From Acidilobaceae archaeon (lineage in GTDB: Archaea > Thermoproteota > Thermoprotei_A > Sulfolobales > Acidilobaceae): 64,000 nucleotides of DNA. A program made the translations under genes and the position numbers. Each line of letters begins with the position of its first letter. Position 1 is the stretch's first letter. Under the pieces are notes generated by a model, which made no database searches, was not told the origin of the DNA, and saw only the letters and a list, made by a program, of their open reading frames with translations. Positions 58,105-64,000 of the stretch are shown piece after piece. The stretch covers positions 864,001 through 928,000 of the forward strand of contig JAWAWX010000001.1 of the NCBI GenBank assembly GCA_038897215.1. The letters run 5' to 3'.

Positions 58105-58378
58105 CTCTAGCTATCCTCTTAGCTCTCTCGAATGGACTCTCAAGTATGTCGTCTCCCTTCACCAACGCTTTCTCACCGCTAGGTAGCTTGATCTCGAGGA
58201 GCAATCCGGGTTTAAGAAGAGTTATGCGTCTAGCCCCGGTATCTAGGGTTATGCTCCTCTCTGTCTCCCAGTAGACTCTGCCCTGAAGCCCTTCTAGAGT
58301 CGAGTCCGGGTATCTGATCACTCTCGCCTCCAGGCCTATCAGCTCGTGGCATAGAATGTTGTTCAAGGAGATCCTCAC
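58079..58378 (-). CDS. rnp1: RNase P protein Rpp29
   Basis: HELIGL, G.V..ET, position between rpl29 and rps17. Confidence 0.9.
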   Translation of the reverse strand: MRISLNNILCHELIGLEARVIRYPDSTLEGLQGRVYWETERSITLDTGARRITLLKPGLLLEIKLPSGEKALVKGDDILESPFERAKRIARGERCSASA

Positions 58379-58402
58379 AGTCGGCCCACCTCCTGCTTAG
58401 GC

Positions 58403-58618
58403 TCAAGAGCTCTTCTTAGACTCTTCTTCTCTAGTCACTGTGAGGATTCTCGCTATGTTTCTCCGGAGCTCTCTGATCCTAGCTGTCTCTTTGAGAGCTC
58501 CCTGCTTGGCTTTAAGCCTTAGGCTGACTAGCTCTCTCCTATACTGCTCTATGAGCTCTCTCCTCTTCTCTATAGGCATTCCTCTTATCTCCTCGGGCTT
58601 GAGCTTGTACTTAGCCAT
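58403..58618 (-). CDS. rpl29: Ribosomal protein uL29
   Basis: EIRGM, IRELRRNIARILT. Confidence 0.95.
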   Translation of the reverse strand: MAKYKLKPEEIRGMPIEKRRELIEQYRRELVSLRLKAKQGALKETARIRELRRNIARILTVTREEESKKSS

Positions 58619-59394
58619 TACCTACCCTCCTCCTCTATACTCTCTATGGCTACCTCTGCTTCAGCCTCCTCCTCTACCTCTACTCTGGGAGCGTAGACGG
58701 GAGCCTCGGCTACCATGGGGGCTATGCCTTTCTCGACCATGTATGCTCTGATCTTCTCGAGCTGTGATTGAACCTCTTGAGGCTCCTTGACTCTAACGTA
58801 GTCTGGAGGGGTTCCGGGCTTCGTTATTATTATCTCGACTCCTACTATGCCCTTGGGGAGCCTAGCGTAGGCTACAGCTCTATCTACGAGCATGTCTACT
58901 ACGTGACCGGCCTTGTACACCTTCCCTTCTCTAAACTTCTCGAATCTGGCTCTCTCCGTGGCTAGCTTGCCGCTCACGGTTATCTCTACTCCTAGAGCTC
59001 CGTTAGCCATGATTCGTCTAACCATAGCGAAAGCTATCCTCCTAAAGTGGAAGCCTCTCTCGAGGAGCCTAGCGAACCTGAATGCCTGTATTCTAGCGTT
59101 AAGCTCTATGTTTTCAGGAGTGCTCACTGTAACCTGAGGGTTCTCGAAGCCCATCACTGTCGATAGTGCTTTCTGGAGCTCTCTGATAGTCTGACCCTTC
59201 TTGCCGATTATCAGCGCCGGCCTCTCAGCGTATATGTGTACTCGAGTGCCTAGAGCAGTCTTGGTCACATTTACTCCAGCATAGCCGGCCTCGTAGAATA
59301 CCTGAGCTAGGTACTCGTCGAGCTTAACCTTTGATAGCGATTGCTCTAGAAAGAACTTCTTCAGCTTAGGCGAAGTGCCGCCCAAGCCGTTCAC
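58618..59394 (-). CDS. rps3: Ribosomal protein uS3
   Basis: KH domain RPALIIGKKG, LERGFHFRR, SGKL. Confidence 0.96.
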   Translation of the reverse strand: MNGLGGTSPKLKKFFLEQSLSKVKLDEYLAQVFYEAGYAGVNVTKTALGTRVHIYAERPALIIGKKGQTIRELQKALSTVMGFENPQVTVSTPENIELNARIQAFRFARLLERGFHFRRIAFAMVRRIMANGALGVEITVSGKLATERARFEKFREGKVYKAGHVVDMLVDRAVAYARLPKGIVGVEIIITKPGTPPDYVRVKEPQEVQSQLEKIRAYMVEKGIAPMVAEAPVYAPRVEVEEEAEAEVAIESIEEEGR

Positions 59395-59864
59395 CCTTCT
59401 TCCGAGACGACTACCTCGACGTGACTGGTGACTCTGAACTTGGGGGTAGCTCTGCCGAATGCTCTAGGCATCCATCTCTTCAACGTCATCCCCTTATGTG
59501 AAGCGATATGGATTATCCTGAGCTTCTCTAAGTCTAAGCCCTTGACCTCAGCGTTATTCTCAACGTTCTCCAACAGTTTCAGCAAGTATCTAGCTGCTTT
59601 GACTGGATACCTGCCGATAGGCCAGCCCCACTTGTCGGCTAGACCTCTTCTGTGCGCCTGCTTTCTATAGCTTCTTCTAAAGGGTACTGGCTCCTCGAGT
59701 TCTACCACTCTCTCCAGGTACTTCTTAGCGTCAGCTAACCTCATCCCCTTAAGGACACTACAAACCTCTCTCATCACCTTAGGGTGGACAGGCACATCCC
59801 ACATAACTGCTTTAGCTATCTTGCTCTCATCAGCTAGCTGTATCGAGTAGCTCCATCGAGGCAC
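59391..59864 (-). CDS. rpl22: Ribosomal protein uL22
   Basis: GRYPVKAA, PRAFGRAT. Confidence 0.97.
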   Translation of the reverse strand: MPRWSYSIQLADESKIAKAVMWDVPVHPKVMREVCSVLKGMRLADAKKYLERVVELEEPVPFRRSYRKQAHRRGLADKWGWPIGRYPVKAARYLLKLLENVENNAEVKGLDLEKLRIIHIASHKGMTLKRWMPRAFGRATPKFRVTSHVEVVVSEEG

Positions 59865-59875
59865 TATAGTCCACC

Positions 59876-60325
59876 TTACCCTTTAGCCTCTACGTGGAGA
59901 CTGCTCTTGGTTGCTTTGAGACCGGGCTCTCCGTGCTTGACTATCTTCGTCGTGAGAGCGAACTCTCCGAGATAGTGTCCTATCATCTCGGGGGTCACTT
60001 TTACCTGGACATACTCCTTGCCGTTGTAGACACCAAAAGTTAGTCCCACCATCTCCGGGACTATAGGCATATCTCTAATGTGGGTTTTTATCACGACCTC
60101 CTTGTCGATCCTGCCGTCCATGATAGCCTTCCTTATGCTCCTAATCTTCTCTAGGAACCTCTTCCGCCTAGGGTCGAGTCCTCTCAGTATCCTAATGACG
60201 CTCCTCCTCTGGCGTGATGGGAGAAGCTTGGCGAAATCCTCTAGAGGCATCGATACTATCTCGTCGAAAGCTCTACCTCTGTAAACGAACTTCCTCCACT
60301 CAGGCTTTATCAGCTCCACAGACAT
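59876..60325 (-). CDS. rps19: Ribosomal protein uS19
   Basis: [17 protein letters not shown]. Confidence 0.97.
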   Translation of the reverse strand: MSVELIKPEWRKFVYRGRAFDEIVSMPLEDFAKLLPSRQRRSVIRILRGLDPRRKRFLEKIRSIRKAIMDGRIDKEVVIKTHIRDMPIVPEMVGLTFGVYNGKEYVQVKVTPEMIGHYLGEFALTTKIVKHGEPGLKATKSSLHVEAKG

Positions 60326-60410
60326 ACCTAGACCCCCGCGTTCTCCTCTCGGAGCGAGCTTTAAGCCTTATATAGCGAGCTACAGCCGTGACCCTACTCT
60401 AGAAGCCTCT

Positions 60411-61490
60411 CTAGCCCGGTTTCTGGAAGACCTCTATAGCGACTTCGAGGTCTCCGTGGAGAACCTCTAGCTCTTCTAGGAGCTCGAAGCCTTCTCGAGC
60501 TGCTACTCTCTTCGAGTGAGACGCGTGGGGAGTGATGAGAGTCAGCGTGCCTCCAGGCTTTAGTGCTCTCCAAGCTTCGGGGATGAAGAGCTCTATCAGT
60601 CTCCTCGACCGCCTCACATCACTCATCCTGACCCCGTAGGGTGGATTGGTCACGATCCTGTCTACTGTCTCTAAGCCTATGATCGAGGAGAGCTTTCTGG
60701 CGTCTCCCTGGATGAATCTTATCCTCCTGTAGACTCTTGCCGCGAGCGCGTTCATCAAGGCTCCTCTAAGATACTCTAGCTCTAAGTCCATGCACGTCAC
60801 TAGGGAGGATTCGTAGAGGAGAGCCGCTTCTACCGCTATCGTGCCTCCTCCACACATAGGGTCTAGTATGTGGTCTCCGTCTCTAGCTCTCGATAGTCTC
60901 AGCATGCCGTACGCTATGGTTGGCTTTAGTGCTGCAGGATGGTCGTAGACTCTGTATCTTCTAGCGTGTAGAGACTTCTCTGGGGTGAGCACTACCCCGA
61001 AGCTGAACACGTCACTGTAAACTTCAGCATAGAAGACCACGTGGGGGCTGTTTAGTCTAACCTCGGGAGTGAAGCCTCTAGCTCTCCTAGTACACTCTTG
61101 GACAGCAGACCCTGCTACTCTGGCTACGTCTATCGACGTGTAGGAGTGCCCCTCTCCTATCCTCTGGCTCTCTACAGCGAACGCGTAGCCTGGGAGCAGG
61201 AAATTCCACGGCTCTGCTTTGCACACGGCTTCTCTAATCTCCTCGAGCCCCGAGGAGCTCTTGCTGACCTGCCTCTGGGAGAGTAGGAGGACTGCTGAGT
61301 GGATAGACTTGAGCTTGAAGACTCTCTCGATGCTAGCTAGAGGTATCTCGGCTATCACTCTCCCCCTCAGGGGAGACTCGAGCACTCTAGACTCTGCTAT
61401 CTCCTCCTCCACCTCGGCTACGGCTATGCGCTCCAAGCCCGGGTCACAAGTGGCTAGCAGTACTACTCTCTCCAACCTCGTCGACGCCAA
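60411..61490 (-). CDS. trm14: THUMP-domain tRNA (guanine-N2) methyltransferase, Trm14-like
   Basis: THUMP N-terminus, HPAALKP, DPMCGGGTI, NPPYG. Confidence 0.85.
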   Translation of the reverse strand: MASTRLERVVLLATCDPGLERIAVAEVEEEIAESRVLESPLRGRVIAEIPLASIERVFKLKSIHSAVLLLSQRQVSKSSSGLEEIREAVCKAEPWNFLLPGYAFAVESQRIGEGHSYTSIDVARVAGSAVQECTRRARGFTPEVRLNSPHVVFYAEVYSDVFSFGVVLTPEKSLHARRYRVYDHPAALKPTIAYGMLRLSRARDGDHILDPMCGGGTIAVEAALLYESSLVTCMDLELEYLRGALMNALAARVYRRIRFIQGDARKLSSIIGLETVDRIVTNPPYGVRMSDVRRSRRLIELFIPEAWRALKPGGTLTLITPHASHSKRVAAREGFELLEELEVLHGDLEVAIEVFQKPG

Positions 61491-62199
61491 CTTCTACCTC
61501 GCACCTCCCTACGAGCCTCCTGCACGCTCTCGAGAGTATCGCTAGAAGAGACTCCGCTTCAGACTCGTAGACGCCAGGCTTGACCACAAGCTTGGCGACG
61601 CCTCTAGCTATGGACTCGGCTTTATTCTCGTCAGCTATGAGAGCTCTCGCCAGGGCTCTAGCGTAGCTCCTCAGAAGGCTCATTGTTCTCGGGCTCACTG
61701 GCTTTACGCCAATATGCCCTCTGCCTCTTCTCTTGAAGAACTCGTAGAGGAATATCGCTGTAGCGTTGCTGAGATTCAGCTCGGGATAGCTGGGGCTCGC
61801 TGGTATCGTGGCCAGAGTAGAGCAGAGCTCTATCTCCTCCCTCTTGAGCCCCGTGCTCTCTCTACCCATAACTAGCGCGACCGTGCCTTCCGTAGCAGCC
61901 GCGACCTCAGCAGCCTCCCATACCGTCAGAGCGGTTCTAAGAGTGTCCTCGAGCGAGGCTATAGCGGAAGTACATATCGAGAGAGAGACTCCCCTTAGAG
62001 CCTCGGCTAGACTCTCGACCACCACAGCTGACCGGAGCCTCTTAGAAGCTCTAGCAGCATACCTCTCAGCCTCCTCTATGCTCGCCTGGGGGCCGACGAG
62101 ATAGAGTTCGTCTACAGCAAAGTTCTCCGCTAGCCTGGCTATGAAGCCTAGGTTGACCGAGCCCTCGACCCCCACGAGAACCAGCCTGAGCTTATCCAC
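61444..62199 (-). CDS. trmJ: SPOUT tRNA methyltransferase, TrmJ family
   Basis: NLGFIARLAENF, MGRESTGL, IPAS..YPELNLS. Confidence 0.9.
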   Translation of the reverse strand: MDKLRLVLVGVEGSVNLGFIARLAENFAVDELYLVGPQASIEEAERYAARASKRLRSAVVVESLAEALRGVSLSICTSAIASLEDTLRTALTVWEAAEVAAATEGTVALVMGRESTGLKREEIELCSTLATIPASPSYPELNLSNATAIFLYEFFKRRGRGHIGVKPVSPRTMSLLRSYARALARALIADENKAESIARGVAKLVVKPGVYESEAESLLAILSRACRRLVGRCEVEVGVDEVGESSTASHL

Positions 62200-62405
62200 G
62201 AGAACCTCCCTAGATTCGTGTAGCTACGCGAGCCTTAAGCTAGCATCGGGCTCCCCGATCGCGTCAAAGAACCAAGCGAGAAGAGGGGAGAGCTCTCCTG
62301 GAGACCTGTCCTCGGAAGGCACAAACTCTATTACCATCTTCGACTCGATCGCTACCGTGGGGGGAAGAGATAGGGGTTCTCGATTACCCGCGAGACTATA
62401 GAGCT

Positions 62406-63938
62406 GTGGTCGAAGACAGCGTTCACGGAGCTATAAGGATAACTAGCGAGGAGTACGTCCTCCTCCAGACCCCTTTTCTGAGAAGACTGCATGAAATCAA
62501 GCAACTCGGCCTAGCCTACCTAGTCTTCCCCACTGCTACTCACTCGAGGCTTGAGCACTCTCTAGGCGTTACTCACTTAATGCACAGAATAGTCTCGAGA
62601 GTCGTAGCTAAGGCTGGAGCAGACCCCCAGCTGTGTAGCGCTATCTCCTCGAGCTGCTCGGCTAGAGAGCTCAGCGTATTCGTTGACGTATCGAGACTAG
62701 CTGCTCTAATCCACGACTCAGGGCATCTGGCTTTCAGCCACGCTACAGAAGAGGCTTTAGCCGACCTCATCAAGAGATGCTCTAGCAGAAGAAGCCACTC
62801 CTCTAACGCCTGCAAAGCCGTGAAGCAGTTAGAGCGAGAAGCGGAGAGACTAGGCTCGAGCTTCAAGATCCACGAGGTCTACACACTGCACTTAGTCGAG
62901 AAGATGGCTGAAGCTGTTAGAGGAGAGAGTGAGGAGCTCTCGCTCAAGATACTAGCTGCTCTCGAGACTCTCAAGAGCACTAGTGTTGAGAAGAACGAGG
63001 AGACGTGGGAGAGTCTAGGGCTCAGAAGGGGGGCCCTGAAGCTAGTCTCTAGCCTCCTCTCCAACGAGATCTACGACGTGGATAGAGTAGACTACCTAGT
63101 CAGAGACGCTAGATACACTGGAGTAGTCTACGGCTACATAGACCTAGACAGGTTGATCGAGGGGCTCGAGGTAGTTGTGAGAAACGAGGAGCCCGAAGTC
63201 CAGGTGACCCCTAAGGCGCTCCAGTCTATAGAAGACGTTTTCGACGCTAGATTCAAGATGTATAGAAGCGTCTACTTCCACCACAAGCTCCTCTCGATCC
63301 AGCTAGCTGTATCGAAGACCCTCGAGTACATTCTCGAAGAGTGGGATAGCCTGAATCCCCAGATATACGAGCATCTGCCAGACCCTGCTTCTCTACTAGC
63401 TCCCTCCAAGCTAGCTGAGCTAGTTTCCGATGGGCTCCTGTACTTCGACGACAACGAGATGATGTATGTGATAAAGCTCTCGGCTATGAGGGGGAGCAGA
63501 TTGCTGAAGAGGTGGGCCAGGTCTCTCCTACACGAGAGACACCTGCTCCCAGTCTCGCTCATCAAGAGAACAGAGGAGCTTCTCGAGGATAGGATAGCTC
63601 CATCTCTCAACCTAGACGAAGCCCTCTCCAAGCTAGACTTCGAGCATCTATCCGAGAGCCTAGCCGAGATAGTTGCTCGCCAGCTCGGAGTAGAGAGGAG
63701 CGATGTTGAAGTCTACTTCTCCTTGAGGAGGATCGTTGACCCGAATGCTGTCAAAGGCTTCGAGCTAACACAGTACCTTAGAGCAGTGTCTAGAGCCGCG
63801 TCGACACCAATACTTCAAGTCTACGCGTTCTCAGACGATGAGAGAGTCCAGAGAACTCTCTACAGCCATAGATGGCTTCTGCGCGAGAAGTGTAGAGAGC
63901 TTATGCTAGAAGAGCTCCTAAGCTATTGGAGGGGGTAA
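62406..63938 (+). CDS. HD-domain phosphohydrolase (SAMHD1/dNTPase-like)
   Basis: DSVHG, RL..IKQLG, HSRLEHSLG, IHDSGH..FSH, DVDRVDYLVRD, VYFHH. Confidence 0.9.
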   Translation: MVEDSVHGAIRITSEEYVLLQTPFLRRLHEIKQLGLAYLVFPTATHSRLEHSLGVTHLMHRIVSRVVAKAGADPQLCSAISSSCSARELSVFVDVSRLAALIHDSGHLAFSHATEEALADLIKRCSSRRSHSSNACKAVKQLEREAERLGSSFKIHEVYTLHLVEKMAEAVRGESEELSLKILAALETLKSTSVEKNEETWESLGLRRGALKLVSSLLSNEIYDVDRVDYLVRDARYTGVVYGYIDLDRLIEGLEVVVRNEEPEVQVTPKALQSIEDVFDARFKMYRSVYFHHKLLSIQLAVSKTLEYILEEWDSLNPQIYEHLPDPASLLAPSKLAELVSDGLLYFDDNEMMYVIKLSAMRGSRLLKRWARSLLHERHLLPVSLIKRTEELLEDRIAPSLNLDEALSKLDFEHLSESLAEIVARQLGVERSDVEVYFSLRRIVDPNAVKGFELTQYLRAVSRAASTPILQVYAFSDDERVQRTLYSHRWLLREKCRELMLEELLSYWRG

Positions 63939-63943
63939 GTGGT

Positions 63944-64000
63944 GTGAGCCTACTAGACCAGTATCTCTTGTGGCCAGAGCTCTTGAGAGAAGGGTTTTCT
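63944..64000 (+). CDS. 5' end of the next gene, possibly bifunctional PGI/PMI
   Basis: GTG start MSLLDQYLLWPELL resembles crenarchaeal PGI/PMI N-termini; only 19 codons visible. Confidence 0.3.
   Translation, partial: MSLLDQYLLWPELLREGFS

Noticed and set aside
62141-62401. 86-aa plus-strand ORF between trmJ and the HD gene
   Set aside because: Overlaps the trmJ start and the divergent promoter region; no protein-like features.

Overview
Gene-dense core-genome window from a thermophilic crenarchaeon (Thermoprotei, probably Desulfurococcales/Acidilobales-like; inferred from the free-standing ThrRS editing protein, archaeal-type r-proteins, ATP-dependent ligase and BRE/TATA promoters). Contents in order: a nucleoside-type ABC transporter with an HTH-PRTase regulator; class II LysRS; RNA-modification and ribosome-biogenesis genes; an Lhr helicase; an eight-gene Mrp/Mbh-like membrane cluster; the thrB-hom-ask-asd cluster; a hydrogenase-maturation operon (hypDCE, maturation protease, fdhE) that carries an acetyl-CoA-synthetase homologue lacking its P-loop; the ftsY-rps19e cluster; DNA ligase; tRNA-Leu(CAG); and the rps19-rps8 ribosomal operon. 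Three clear and one probable box C/D guide sRNAs lie in intergenic gaps and are absent from the ORF track. The most unusual feature is a ~325-bp nested quasi-palindrome (54539-54863). It has a perfect 58-bp inverted repeat carrying inward-facing BRE/TATA-like motifs and a local hairpin in each arm, and it sits where the ribosomal operon stops after rps8. No CRISPR array, transposase or integrase is visible. All calls come from reading motifs by eye; no database searches were run.
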